DNA from: Verrucomicrobiota bacterium
GTDB lineage: Bacteria; Verrucomicrobiota; Lentisphaeria; Lentisphaerales; Lentisphaeraceae
Length of the DNA: 64,000 bases
NCBI GenBank assembly: GCA_039798785.1
Contig: JBDKFG010000024.1
Location: 46,111-110,110 of the forward strand
Direction: 5' to 3'
The translations under genes were made by a program, and so were the position numbers. Below are positions 54,608 through 64,000 of the stretch, piece by piece (the stretch's first letter is position 1; each line of letters opens with the position of its first letter). The notes under the pieces are model-generated. The model made no database searches and was not told where the DNA came from. It was given only the letters and a program-made list of their open reading frames with translations.

Positions 54608-54645
54608 GAAAAACCTCCGCCTTCCGGCGGAGGTTTTTCATTTTT
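54608..54645. terminator. Bidirectional rho-independent terminator
   Basis: GAAAAACCTCCGCC-TTCC/TTC-GGCGGAGGTTTTTC between convergent genes. Confidence 0.8.
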
Positions 54646-55196
54646 CATTCCCACAAGCTTCCTTGCGCCGGGCGCATAAAAGACGCCGATTCCGGCTTCT
54701 GGCGCAGATGCAGGAGCAGCAGGGCGCAGGCGAAGCAGTCGTAGAGGGCGCGGTGGGGGCGGAAATGGGAGTTGACCGCCATCTGCTGCAATTCGGCGTC
54801 GATGCCCGCGGCCTTGGCGAGAGCTTCGAGCGAGTGTTCAGGCGCCCGGGGCAGGCAGTGACGGGACAGCATCAAGGTGTCGAGGCGGGAAGGCGGTGTG
54901 AATCCCGGGAAGGCGGCGCGCAGGAGAGCTTCGTCATAGCCGAGGTTGTGACCGGTGAGGACAGCGGCTTCGAGCCAAGGAGCGATCTCCGGCCAGAGCT
55001 GACGGAGACCGGCGGGGACGGGACTGGAGCGGCCGGCATCCTCCGGTGGCGGGAACTGCCGTTCCAGGTGGAAGAGGATCTGTCCTGCGGCGTTGATCAC
55101 CAGGAGTCCGAACTCCACCGCCACCGGGCCGTGTCGCCCTCCGACGGTCTCGAAATCGATGACGGCCCAGGGGCCGAGGGCGGGATCGGGTTTCAT
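54645..55196 (-). CDS. DEDDh 3'-5' exonuclease (DnaQ-like)
   Basis: IDFETVG, GHNLGYD, LDTL, HRALYD. Confidence 0.85.
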   Translation of the reverse strand: MKPDPALGPWAVIDFETVGGRHGPVAVEFGLLVINAAGQILFHLERQFPPPEDAGRSSPVPAGLRQLWPEIAPWLEAAVLTGHNLGYDEALLRAAFPGFTPPSRLDTLMLSRHCLPRAPEHSLEALAKAAGIDAELQQMAVNSHFRPHRALYDCFACALLLLHLRQKPESASFMRPAQGSLWE

Positions 55197-55264
55197 TACA
55201 CGTGTATCCAAGAGGCTTGATGCCGAATGCCGGGAATTCCCGTGCTAGGATCGTTCTTTTGCTG

Positions 55265-55481
55265 CTCGACCCCTTGCGGGTCGTACATGCTAGCCCAGGG
55301 TTGAGCCGCATCGGCGACGCCCTGGGTCTGTATTTCCCTCAGATCCACGACCCGCATCGGGTCGCACAGCGCTGAGGCGGCGAACGCTGTGCGACCCGCA
55401 AGGAGTCGGAGCTCATTTCCCACCCATGACCCAGGGTCGAAGCGACCCTGGGCTGCCATGTGCGACCCGCAAGGGGTCGAG
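55265..55481. repeat. REP/REPIN-like palindromic element
   Basis: CTCGACCCCTTGCGGGTCG and CGACCCGCAAGGGGTCGAG termini with inner AGCCCAGGGT/ACCCTGGGCT palindromes. Confidence 0.7.
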
Positions 55482-55554
55482 CGCAGAACGAAAGACGAGC
55501 GCTTATTTGGGGGGATACGGGTGGGTGTCATTCGGATTGTCTGGAGGAGCCGCC

Positions 55555-55791
55555 TCAGGCTCGCGGCACTTCTTCGAAGTCGTAGGTGAACTCTCCTTGG
55601 CGTGCGACAGCCTTGATCTTGCCTTTGCACAGGAAGCATTGCAGGGATTCCCCGGGGCGGAGCTCGGCACCGGTGCGGGCGGAACTATCCTTGTCGCACA
55701 GCGGGCATTTGAAGTAGTAGCCCGGCAGCGGACCGCAATGGCCGCCGCCGCAGCAGTAATCAGGAGTCAGGTTGATGCGCCAGGTGCTCAT
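55555..55791 (-). CDS. Small Cys-rich putative metal-binding protein
   Basis: AAGGA SD; CCGGGHC, CPLC and CFLC motifs. Confidence 0.6.
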   Translation of the reverse strand: MSTWRINLTPDYCCGGGHCGPLPGYYFKCPLCDKDSSARTGAELRPGESLQCFLCKGKIKAVARQGEFTYDFEEVPRA

Positions 55792-55928
55792 GGCTAGTCC
55801 TTATGGAGTTTTCGTGATGGAAGGGGAGAAGATTATAAGCAGGATGCGCCCGAAGGCAAATTCTTCCGGAATTTATTGGCATCGCCCCTCCCCCGGAACT
55901 AAGTTGTGGTTCTAATCGGAGTTTCCAG

Positions 55929-56774
55929 ATGACCTCTTTGCCCAGCGCCGAAGAAGCCGGCCAATTGCTCTCTGCGCGTTTCCGCCTTCCTCTCGCCGGG
56001 CGTTCCTGGCGCGGCCAGGCGGGCGGCTGGCGCGGCGCCGGCGCCGGATCCAGCATCGAATTCCGCGAACACCGCAACTACCAGGCCGGTGACGATCTGC
56101 GCCATCTCGACTGGAGCGCCACCGCCCGCAGCGGCCAGCCGATGCTCCGGGTTTACCGCGAAGAAGTCCGCCCCTCGGTCGACCTGCTGATCGACGGATC
56201 GGGGTCGCTCGCCCTCGAGGCCGACAAGGAGCTTCTCAGCCGAACCTTGGCGGAATGGGTCTGGCAGGCCTGTCGCGCCGACGGCGTCTCCCTGGTGGTC
56301 TGGCGGCTTTCCGAGGGAGGCTGTTCGATGATTCCGCTGGAAGCCTTCTCCAGCCGCGACTTGAAGTTCAGCGGCCGGGCCATGGGCTATCAGGCGGCCT
56401 CTCTTCGCGGCGGCTCGATGCGGGTGGTGATCAGCGATCTGCTCTTCCCCGGCGAGCCGCGCGCCTGGCTCTCTCCCCTGCTGCAGGGGGCGGGAGGCTG
56501 CCTCCTCCTCTGCCCCTGGAGCCAGGCCGAAGCCGAACCCGACTGGTCAGGCAACATGGATCTTGAAGATTGCGAAGCCCCGGGAACCGCCCGCGTCCTC
56601 GTCGACGACCGGGTGATGGAAGACTACCGCGCCGCCTATCGCCGGCACGTCGCGCTGTGGCAGGAAAGCTGCTCCGGGCTCGGCATCCACCTCCTCCGCC
56701 TGCGCGCCGGGGAAGACCCCGGCGGCACCTTCAGCGCCGCCATTTCCCAAGGAGCGGTGGCACCATGCAAATGA
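55929..56774 (+). CDS. DUF58 family protein
   Basis: GSSIEFREHRNYQAGDDLRHLDW, DGSGS, VVISDL. Confidence 0.9.
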   Translation: MTSLPSAEEAGQLLSARFRLPLAGRSWRGQAGGWRGAGAGSSIEFREHRNYQAGDDLRHLDWSATARSGQPMLRVYREEVRPSVDLLIDGSGSLALEADKELLSRTLAEWVWQACRADGVSLVVWRLSEGGCSMIPLEAFSSRDLKFSGRAMGYQAASLRGGSMRVVISDLLFPGEPRAWLSPLLQGAGGCLLLCPWSQAEAEPDWSGNMDLEDCEAPGTARVLVDDRVMEDYRAAYRRHVALWQESCSGLGIHLLRLRAGEDPGGTFSAAISQGAVAPCK

Positions 56775-58465
56775 TCCTCGGCAATCCCTGGGGGCTGCTC
56801 GCCCTGCTCGGCCTCCCCGCCGTGCTCGCCATCCACATGCTGCAGCGCAAGCCCCGGCGGCAGCGCAGCTCCACCCTCTTTCTCCTCGCCGCCGCGGCGC
56901 CGAAAAACAGCGGCGGGCCGACTCTCGACCGCCTCCGCCGCTCCCTCAGCCTCTGGCTCAACCTGCTCGCCGTCCTCCTCCTCAGCGCCGTCCTCGCCCA
57001 GCCGCGCATCCTCACCGAGCGCCCGGTGCTGCGAGGCATCGTCGTGCTTGACAGCTCGGTGTCGATGATGGCCTGCCGGCAAGAAGTGAAAAAAGCCCTG
57101 GAGAAACGCCTCGGCGCCCTCGCCTCGCTCGCCGACTGCGAGTGGTCGCTGCTGGAATCGGCCCCGGAGGCGCCCCTCCTCTACGGTGGCGGCCGCCTCG
57201 AATCCCTGCTGTCGGCACTCGATTCGTGGAAGCCGGTACGCGCCGAACACGACCCGGCACCCGCGCTCCGCAGCGCCCTCGCCGCCGCCGGCAAGGACGG
57301 CTGCGTCCTCTTCGTCAGCGACCACAAGCGCAGCCTCCCCGCCGGCACCCGCGAAATCCTTGTCGGCACCCCCATCGCCAACGCCGGCTTCTGCGGAGCC
57401 GGCGTCGACCCCCAGGGACGCTGGCAGGCCCTGCTGCGCAACTACTCCGATGCACCGCTGACAAGCTCCTGGCGCCGCCAGGTCCCTGGCGCGCCCGAAG
57501 CCGCCGCCAGCCAGATCCTCCTCGCACCCAACGAAACCAGGCGCCTTGAAGGAGAGATGCCGAAAGAAGGCCGTCTGCTGCTGATCCTCGACAAAGACGC
57601 ACTCGAGGCCGACAACCAGCTGCCGCTGCTGACGCCGAGACCGAAGATCCTCAAGGTCGCCCTCGACGCCGACAAGGCCAACCTTGAATTCCTCAGCCGC
57701 CTGCGCGACAGCCTGCCCCTGGTCGAGTCGAGCGACGACATCGCGACGGCGGACCTGGTCCTGGGCTGCCGCGCATCCGATCTCCCTCGCGACCGGCCCG
57801 GTCTTTATTTCAATCCCGCGGCCAGCATCGACAACAAATCGCGCGAGGTCGGCGACGCTCTTCATCCCATGACCTCGCATCTCGACTGGCGGCCGGTGCG
57901 GGTGAGGCTCGCCTCCCTTCCCTTCAAAATGGAATCGGGCGATCTGCCCCTGCTGTGGAGCGGCGACTCCCTCGCCGCGAGCCTGCGCTACGGCTCCTCT
58001 GGGCCGCAGATCCTGATCAATGCCGCTCCTGCGGCCGGAAGGCTTCTCGAGACTCCCGCCTGCCTCGTCCTCGCCGGCAGACTGGTCGAGGAGATCCGCC
58101 GCCGCAAGCAGGCCCCCGAAGCCGCCAACTTCGACTGCAACCAGAAAATCGCCCTCCCTTACCACGGCGCCTTGGCCCTCGACGGCCAGGAGCTGAAAGC
58201 CGGACGCAGCCTGCGGGCGCCGGAGCTCCCGGCCTTCTTCTCGGTCAGCTGCGAAGGGAGGGAAGTGCTGACTGGCGCCGCGGCCTTCGCCGACGCACGG
58301 GAAAGCGATCTGCGCAGGAATGTCAGCCTCGATGGCAGCGGCGACCTTGAAGCACGGCTGATCCAGCGCAGCCGCCAGGAAGAGCCCATCCACCTTCCCG
58401 GCCTCCTGATTGCGCTCCTCTGCTTCGTCCTCGGCTGGGCGGTGAAGAGCCGGGACGGCAACTGA
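56771..58465 (+). CDS. BatA/vWA-domain membrane protein
   Basis: NPWGLLALLGLPAVLAIHML (BatA N-terminus), AQP, VLDSSVSM (MIDAS-like), FVSD; overlaps the DUF58 stop. Confidence 0.8.
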   Translation: MILGNPWGLLALLGLPAVLAIHMLQRKPRRQRSSTLFLLAAAAPKNSGGPTLDRLRRSLSLWLNLLAVLLLSAVLAQPRILTERPVLRGIVVLDSSVSMMACRQEVKKALEKRLGALASLADCEWSLLESAPEAPLLYGGGRLESLLSALDSWKPVRAEHDPAPALRSALAAAGKDGCVLFVSDHKRSLPAGTREILVGTPIANAGFCGAGVDPQGRWQALLRNYSDAPLTSSWRRQVPGAPEAAASQILLAPNETRRLEGEMPKEGRLLLILDKDALEADNQLPLLTPRPKILKVALDADKANLEFLSRLRDSLPLVESSDDIATADLVLGCRASDLPRDRPGLYFNPAASIDNKSREVGDALHPMTSHLDWRPVRVRLASLPFKMESGDLPLLWSGDSLAASLRYGSSGPQILINAAPAAGRLLETPACLVLAGRLVEEIRRRKQAPEAANFDCNQKIALPYHGALALDGQELKAGRSLRAPELPAFFSVSCEGREVLTGAAAFADARESDLRRNVSLDGSGDLEARLIQRSRQEEPIHLPGLLIALLCFVLGWAVKSRDGN

Positions 58466-58590
58466 CTTCAAGGCGGGATCCGTCCGGTACGTCAAATGTG
58501 TCCAGACTCGACGGTCACGGCGCCGGCGAGGGCAAACCGGTGGTATCTTGGCAGCGGCTTTCCCTGTAAAACCCCAACCCCCTCCCCCTC

Positions 58591-59787
58591 ATGCTTCTCC
58601 ACAACATCCGGCTCGCCACTTTCAACGGTCCCGGCTACGGCGAAATCCCCGGCGACGCCCTGGCTTGGAAAAACGGCAGGATCCTCTGGCTCGGGCTTCT
58701 CGCCGAGGCGCCGCCGGAAGTCCTCGCCCTGCCCAGCCAGGACGGCGGCGGCGCCTGGCTGACTCCGGGGCTGATCGACTGCCACAGCCACCTCGTCTAC
58801 GCCGGCAGCCGCGCCGACGAATTCGAGGCACGCCTCAACGGCGAAAGCTACGCCGACATCGCCCGTCGCGGCGGCGGCATCCTCAGCACCGTCCAGGCGA
58901 CCCGCGCCGCCAGCGAGGAGGAGCTGATCGAGGCCAGCCTGCCCCGTCTCGATGCCCTCCTCGCCGAAGGACTCACCACCCTCGAGGTCAAATCCGGCTA
59001 CGGCCTCGACCTTGCCTCGGAACGGAAGATGCTGCGCGTCGCCCGTCGCCTAGCCGAACTCCGGCAAGTGCGGGTGCGGACCACCTTTCTAGGCGCCCAC
59101 GCGGTGCCGCCGGAGTTCCGCGGCCGGAGCGAGGAGTACCTCGACCTGGTCATCGCCGGGATGCTGCCGGCCCTGCATGCGGAAGGATTGGTCGACGCCG
59201 TCGACGCCTTCTGTGAGAACATCGCCTTCAGCCCGGCCCAGGTGGAACGCCTGTTCAGCGCCGCCGCCGCTCTCGGCCTGCCGGTGAAGCTGCACGCCGA
59301 GCAGCTCAGCGACTCCGGCGGCGCCACTCTCGCCGCCCGCTACCAGGGGCTCTCCGCCGACCATCTCGAATGGCTGAGTGCCGAGGGGATCGCGGCGATG
59401 GCCGCGGCCGGCACCGTCGCCGTCATCCTCCCCGGCGCCTTCTACACCCTGCGCGAGACCCGCCTGCCTCCGATCGACGCCCTCCGGCAGGCCGGCGTGC
59501 CGATGGCGGTCGCCACCGACAACAACCCGGGCTCCTCCCCCCTCAACTCCCTGCTCCTCGCCGCCAATCTCGCCAGCACCCTCTTCCGCCTCACCCCCCA
59601 GGAATCCCTCGCCGGCCTGACCCGCCACGCCGCCGCCGCCCTCGGCCTCCGCGACTGCGGCCGCCTCGAAGTCGGCCGGCGCGCCGACCTGGCGCTGTGG
59701 TCGATCCGGCGCCCTGCCGAACTGGTCGCCAACCTCGGCCTCCGCCCCCTCGCCGGACGCTGGCTCGCCGGGGAGCGCTGCCGATGA
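58591..59787 (+). CDS. hutI: Imidazolonepropionase
   Basis: [58 protein letters not shown]. Confidence 0.94.
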   Translation: MLLHNIRLATFNGPGYGEIPGDALAWKNGRILWLGLLAEAPPEVLALPSQDGGGAWLTPGLIDCHSHLVYAGSRADEFEARLNGESYADIARRGGGILSTVQATRAASEEELIEASLPRLDALLAEGLTTLEVKSGYGLDLASERKMLRVARRLAELRQVRVRTTFLGAHAVPPEFRGRSEEYLDLVIAGMLPALHAEGLVDAVDAFCENIAFSPAQVERLFSAAAALGLPVKLHAEQLSDSGGATLAARYQGLSADHLEWLSAEGIAAMAAAGTVAVILPGAFYTLRETRLPPIDALRQAGVPMAVATDNNPGSSPLNSLLLAANLASTLFRLTPQESLAGLTRHAAAALGLRDCGRLEVGRRADLALWSIRRPAELVANLGLRPLAGRWLAGERCR

Positions 59788-60215
59788 GGCCCCTCGCCCT
59801 CGCGGCCTGCCTGCTCGCCTCGTGCGCCGCCGTCACGGACACCGGCGCCCAGGCGGCGCAGGAGGCCGCGGGCGGGGCGGCGGCAAGCGCCGGCCGGGCA
59901 GGAACCGCCGCAGCCCTGCCGGCGAGCGCCCTCGGCATGAGTCTCGACGCCGTCCCCGCGACCCTCGACTTCGCCCATCATGTCGCCGCCATCCCGCTCG
60001 ACCTCGCCGACATCGTCAAACTGCCTCTCGGCCTGGTCGAGTGCGTCTTCTCGCCCCTCCCCAACGTCGAACTCGAATCCGGCCTCGGTCATCTCGGGAC
60101 CGGCGTCAAGGCCCCCTTTCATCTCCTCATCGACCTGCTCAGCCTGCCCGCCCACGCCATCCAAGCGCTCGGCCGCATCGGCGGCGACAAAACCCCGGCT
60201 CCGGGCAGCCGTTAA
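59784..60215 (+). CDS. Hypothetical lipoprotein
   Basis: [14 protein letters not shown] lipobox; ATGA overlap with the hutI stop. Confidence 0.6.
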   Translation: MRPLALAACLLASCAAVTDTGAQAAQEAAGGAAASAGRAGTAAALPASALGMSLDAVPATLDFAHHVAAIPLDLADIVKLPLGLVECVFSPLPNVELESGLGHLGTGVKAPFHLLIDLLSLPAHAIQALGRIGGDKTPAPGSR

Positions 60216-60238
60216 ATTCACCCCAGGAATGACCGCCG

Positions 60239-61033
60239 ATGTTCCTCTCCCCTCAATCCCGCCCCGAACTGGTCGCCCCCTTCCGGGACAGCAAAACCCG
60301 CCGCGGCGTCTTCCCCGGCCCGCAAGGAGAAGACTCATTCCTCTGCGAAGGACGCATCATCGTCGAAGCCGCCATCGCGGCCCACCGACAAAAACGCTTC
60401 CGCCTCCAGGTCATTCTCGGCGACCCCGCCGCCCTCGCCCGCCTCGACCCGCCGCCCGAGGTCCCCCTCGTCGCCGCCTGCGGCGACTGGGTCAGCCAGC
60501 TCGTCGGCTTCCCCTTCCACCGCGGCCTGATGGCGACCGGAGCCGTGCCGCCGCCGCCGCCGATGGCGCAGCTCTGGGCTTGCCGCCGCCTCCTGGTCCT
60601 GCCCGAGCTGGTCGACATCACCAACCTCGGATTGCTCCTCCGCAGCGCCGCCACCCTCGGCGTCGACGGCGTCCTCTACGGCAAAGGCCCCCATGTCTTC
60701 GACCAGCGCAGCGTCAGGGTGTCGATGGGCACCTGCTGGGCCATCCCGGTCTGGCGCGCTGAAGACCCCCTTCCGCTGCTCCTGCAATGGCAGGAGAAAG
60801 AGCCGGGAACCAGCATCGCAGCCGCCGCCCTCCGACCAGATTCGATCTCCTCCCGGCGCTGGCAGCCAACGCCGCGTTGCGCCCTCGTCCTCGGCCAGGA
60901 AGGCCCAGGCCTCAGCGATGAATGGCTCAAAGCCTGTGACACCAGCGTCAAAATCCCCATGGCCCGCGGCCTCGATTCCCTCAACGTCGCCGCTGCCGGC
61001 GCCATCCTCATGCACGCCCTGGTCGATCCCTGA
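60239..61033 (+). CDS. TrmH/SpoU family RNA methyltransferase
   Basis: NLGLLLRSA, RVSMG, LGQEGPGLS, IPM..GLDSLNVAAA. Confidence 0.9.
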   Translation: MFLSPQSRPELVAPFRDSKTRRGVFPGPQGEDSFLCEGRIIVEAAIAAHRQKRFRLQVILGDPAALARLDPPPEVPLVAACGDWVSQLVGFPFHRGLMATGAVPPPPPMAQLWACRRLLVLPELVDITNLGLLLRSAATLGVDGVLYGKGPHVFDQRSVRVSMGTCWAIPVWRAEDPLPLLLQWQEKEPGTSIAAAALRPDSISSRRWQPTPRCALVLGQEGPGLSDEWLKACDTSVKIPMARGLDSLNVAAAGAILMHALVDP

Positions 61034-61125
61034 ACTTCATGAAAAATTAACAAAAACGCCCCATTGTCAATTCTGTCATTTGGAATAGGCTGGTTCCATG
61101 CCACCACCAACAAGGAGTCCCACAC

Positions 61126-62304
61126 ATGATGCTGAAATCCTTCGTCGCCTCTTTTTGTCTTATTGGTATTCCCGCCTTTGCGGAAGACGCCAAGGCCCCC
61201 ACAGCCGTGACCAAGGGCATTGACGAATCGCTGATCCGCGAAGCGGCTGCCGCAGCAGGACGTTCCGCCAAGTTCCTGATGTCGAAGCAGGAAGCCAACG
61301 GCTCTTGGATGAACCATGTGGCGATGAGCGCCCTCGCCGCCACCGCCGTCGCCACCTCGGTCGACGCCGCCCAATACAGGGACCAGCTGGCCAAGACAGC
61401 TGCCTACCTCAAGACCCAGGTCCAGACCGACGGCTCGATCTACACACCCGGCGACAAGGCCGGCCCAAACTACTCCACCTGCTGCGCCATGATGGCTCTC
61501 TACGCCCTCGACCGTGACGGATCCAAAGAGATCATCCAAGGCGCCCGCCGTTTCATCACCAAATCGCAGTTCGGTCCCGAAACCGGAATCGAGAAAGGCG
61601 GCATCGGCTACGGCAGCGACAAGACCAAGTCCGACCTCTCCAACACCCAGTTCGCGATGGAAGCCCTCTTCGTCACCGCCTCGGTCGACAAGGACGGCGC
61701 CAAGCCCGAAGACGTCGAAGCGACCAAGCAGGCGATGGCCCGCGCCCTCGAATTCGTCAGCCGCTGCCAGAAGAACGCAGGCACCAATGACGCGCCCTTC
61801 TCCGTCTCGAACGAGTTCCCTGAAGACGAAGGCGGCTTCATCTACAGCCCCGACCGCACCAAAGTCGAAGACAAGAACAAAAAGCCCGGCGAAGCCCAGG
61901 CCCTCCGCGTCTACGGCTCGATGACCTACGCCGGCCTGAAGTCGATGATCTATGCCGAAGTCCAGAAGGACGACCCCCGCGTCAAGGCCGCCTTGAGCTG
62001 GGTCGAAAAACACTACACCGTCAAAGACAACCCCGGACTCGGCGCGATGGGCCACTATTACTACCTCCAGACCATGGGGAAAGCCCTCGACGCCGCCGGC
62101 ATCGACACCATCACCGACGCAAAGGGCCAGGTCCGCAACTGGCGCCAGGACCTGATCGGCCAGCTGCTCAGCACTCAGAACGGTGACGGCTCCTGGGTCA
62201 ACCCGGAGGGCCGATGGATGGAAAACATCCCGGTCCTGGTCACCTCCTACTCACTCCTGACCCTGAACTTCGCCAGCTCCCGCGATATCTACAAGGCCAA
62301 ATAA
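61126..62304 (+). CDS. Exported prenyltransferase/squalene-oxidase repeat protein
   Basis: Signal peptide; QEANGSW, GGIGY, DLSNT, GGFIY, YGSMTYAG, QNGDGSW. Confidence 0.8.
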   Translation: MMLKSFVASFCLIGIPAFAEDAKAPTAVTKGIDESLIREAAAAAGRSAKFLMSKQEANGSWMNHVAMSALAATAVATSVDAAQYRDQLAKTAAYLKTQVQTDGSIYTPGDKAGPNYSTCCAMMALYALDRDGSKEIIQGARRFITKSQFGPETGIEKGGIGYGSDKTKSDLSNTQFAMEALFVTASVDKDGAKPEDVEATKQAMARALEFVSRCQKNAGTNDAPFSVSNEFPEDEGGFIYSPDRTKVEDKNKKPGEAQALRVYGSMTYAGLKSMIYAEVQKDDPRVKAALSWVEKHYTVKDNPGLGAMGHYYYLQTMGKALDAAGIDTITDAKGQVRNWRQDLIGQLLSTQNGDGSWVNPEGRWMENIPVLVTSYSLLTLNFASSRDIYKAK

Positions 62305-62547
62305 GCAGCCACTCCCGCCTGCTTGGGACAACGGATCCGACCCCGCATGGGTCGGATCTTTTGCCGCCGCACTCCCAAGATGGCTAAAATCCACTCGCCA
62401 GCAGATGCCAAGGCCTGCCGCAGTCCCCAGAGCGAGTCCTGTTATGCTGAAAAATCAGCAAGAAAACTGCAAAAAAGAAGCTCCGGAGCCTTGAAAACTA
62501 GTCTTTGATAGCATAATATGAGGCAGTGAACAACCCCCGAGGCCAAC

Positions 62548-63651
62548 ATGAGCAAAATCAAAGTCGAGAAAGCGCAGCCGAAAAACGAAGCGGACGTCGC
62601 CACCGCCGAGCGGACCAAGATCCTCAACCAGGCGATGAGCCAGATCCGCAAGGAATTCGGCGACGGCTCGATCATGCGTCTCGGCGAGAAGCCCGAGTCC
62701 AACGTTGCCAGCATCTCCACCGGCGCCCTCGCCCTCGACATCGCCCTCGGCTGCGGCGGCCTGCCGCGAGGCCGGATCGTCGAGATCTACGGACCGGAAG
62801 CCTCCGGCAAGACCTCGATCTGCCTTCATACCATCGCCAACGCCCAGAAGCGCGGCGGCGTCTGCGCCTTCATTGACACCGAACACGCTCTCGACCCCGC
62901 CTACGCCCGCCTCATCGGCGTCAATACCCAGGAACTCCTCGTCGCCCAGCCCGACTGCGGCGAAGACGCAATGAACATCGCCGAGACCTTGCTCAACTCC
63001 AACGCCATCGACGTTCTCGTCGTCGACTCGGTCGCCGCCCTCGTCCCCAAGGCCGAAATCGAAGGCTCCTTCGGCGACAGTCACGTCGGCCTCCAAGCCC
63101 GCTTGATGAGCCAAGCCCTGCGCAAGCTCACCGGCACCATCGCCCGCACCCGCACCTGCATGATCTTCACAAACCAGCTCCGTGACAAGATCGGCGTCAT
63201 GTACGGCAACCCCGAAACCACCACCGGCGGCAAGGCCCTGAAATTCTACGCCTCGATCCGCCTCGAAGTCCGCAAGGCAGCCGCCATCCAGAACCCCGCT
63301 GGCGAAGTCCTCGGCAACCGCACCAAGGTCAAGGTCGTCAAGAACAAGATCGCCCCCCCCTTCAAACAGTGCGAGTTCGACATCATGTACAACGAGGGCA
63401 TCTCCCGCGCCGGCTCGATCCTCGACGTCGCCAGCACCCTTAACGTCATCGCCAAAAAGGGCTCATGGTTCTCCTTCGAGGAGAAACAGCTCGGCCAAGG
63501 TCGCGAACAGGCCAAAGACGCGATCAAGTCTGACGCCGAACTCGAAAAACGCATCCTCGATAAGGTTTACGCCTTGATCAAATCCGGCGAAGCCCTCGGC
63601 GCCGTCGAATCGATCGCCGCAATCGCCGATGCTGACGGCGACGAGGATTGA
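62548..63651 (+). CDS. recA: Recombinase A
   Basis: [62 protein letters not shown]. Confidence 0.99.
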   Translation: MSKIKVEKAQPKNEADVATAERTKILNQAMSQIRKEFGDGSIMRLGEKPESNVASISTGALALDIALGCGGLPRGRIVEIYGPEASGKTSICLHTIANAQKRGGVCAFIDTEHALDPAYARLIGVNTQELLVAQPDCGEDAMNIAETLLNSNAIDVLVVDSVAALVPKAEIEGSFGDSHVGLQARLMSQALRKLTGTIARTRTCMIFTNQLRDKIGVMYGNPETTTGGKALKFYASIRLEVRKAAAIQNPAGEVLGNRTKVKVVKNKIAPPFKQCEFDIMYNEGISRAGSILDVASTLNVIAKKGSWFSFEEKQLGQGREQAKDAIKSDAELEKRILDKVYALIKSGEALGAVESIAAIADADGDED

Positions 63652-63677
63652 TCCCTACTGCTCCGTTCTTCCCGAAA

Positions 63678-63718
63678 ACAGATGTCCGCCGGCTCTTCCC
63701 CGGCGGGCATTTGTTTTT
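63678..63718 (+). terminator. Rho-independent terminator after recA
   Basis: ACAGATGTCCGCCGG / CCGGCGGGCATTTGT stem followed by TTTT. Confidence 0.7.
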
Positions 63719-63766
63719 GCGCCGCACCTGAAAGCCCGCGAGATCCGAGATCCTCTATCCTTTCAA

Positions 63767-63868
63767 TGAAAGGTTGGAAGGTTCAAAGGTTGGAAGGTTT
63801 AGCTACAACAGCAACAGGTTATGATATCCGAAGGACTCTTGGCAAAGTTCAGGATCCTCAAGTCTTTC
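63767..63868. mobile_element. MITE family B interior, interrupted by a family A insertion
   Basis: Near-identical reverse complement of 22333-22433. Confidence 0.75.
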
Positions 63869-64000
63869 CGACCTGTGTTACTCCGATTCAAGCTCAATTG
63901 CACCGCAGAAGACGCAGAAGGATGAATGGGCGACTGACACTCGGCGAGCTGACACGGCAAAACTCTGTTCTTTGTGTTCTTTGTGTCTTTTGTGGCCGAG
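63869..64000. mobile_element. MITE family A copy (runs off the window end)
   Basis: Starts CGACCTGTGTTACTCCGATTCAAGCTCAATTG; reverse complement of most of 18110-18298 with fewer 10-mer repeats. Confidence 0.85.

Noticed and set aside
61126..62304. Squalene-hopene cyclase / hopanoid synthesis
   Set aside because: Too short, has a signal peptide and lacks the DXDD catalytic motif; only QW-like repeats are present.
62500..62547. LexA box upstream of recA
   Set aside because: Only a GAACA half-site is present; no TGTTC-N4-GAACA, CTGT-N8-ACAG or GAAC-N4-GTTC palindrome.

Overview
GC-rich bacterial chromosome segment. The gene repertoire (several Gly-less prepilin-type proteins, an LRR Ser/Thr kinase, prenyltransferase/squalene-oxidase-repeat proteins, DUF58/BatA) suggests the PVC superphylum, possibly Lentisphaeria; this is inference only. 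In order, the window holds: rpsT(3' part)-rpsB-tsf-pyrH followed by a trypsin-like lipoprotein where frr usually sits; a 5' fragment of a group II intron; flagellin (sigma28 promoter, CsrA-type leader) and fliD (sigma54 promoter); a sigma54-promoter-driven ankyrin gene followed by a sensor-less sigma54 activator; 2-oxoacid:ferredoxin oxidoreductase; hpf; an IclR-linked L-fucose utilisation locus (SSS transporter, GH95, GH29, mutarotase, SDR, fuconate dehydratase) whose three exported enzymes share a repeat+RBS+lipoprotein leader; a four-gene DUF1517-like/DUF350/glutathionylspermidine-synthase-like/Ser-rich-tail operon; larE, phoD, a class III aminotransferase divergent from nspC; a CHASE hybrid kinase convergent with a LOG-family gene; pilin-like genes; hutI, a TrmH-family methyltransferase and recA. 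Intergenic DNA carries at least three MITE families (two with target-site duplications, one nested insertion), two REP/REPIN-like clusters and heptamer arrays. I saw no CRISPR array, rRNA, tRNA, transposase or reverse transcriptase. All annotations come from motif recognition by eye; no searches were run.
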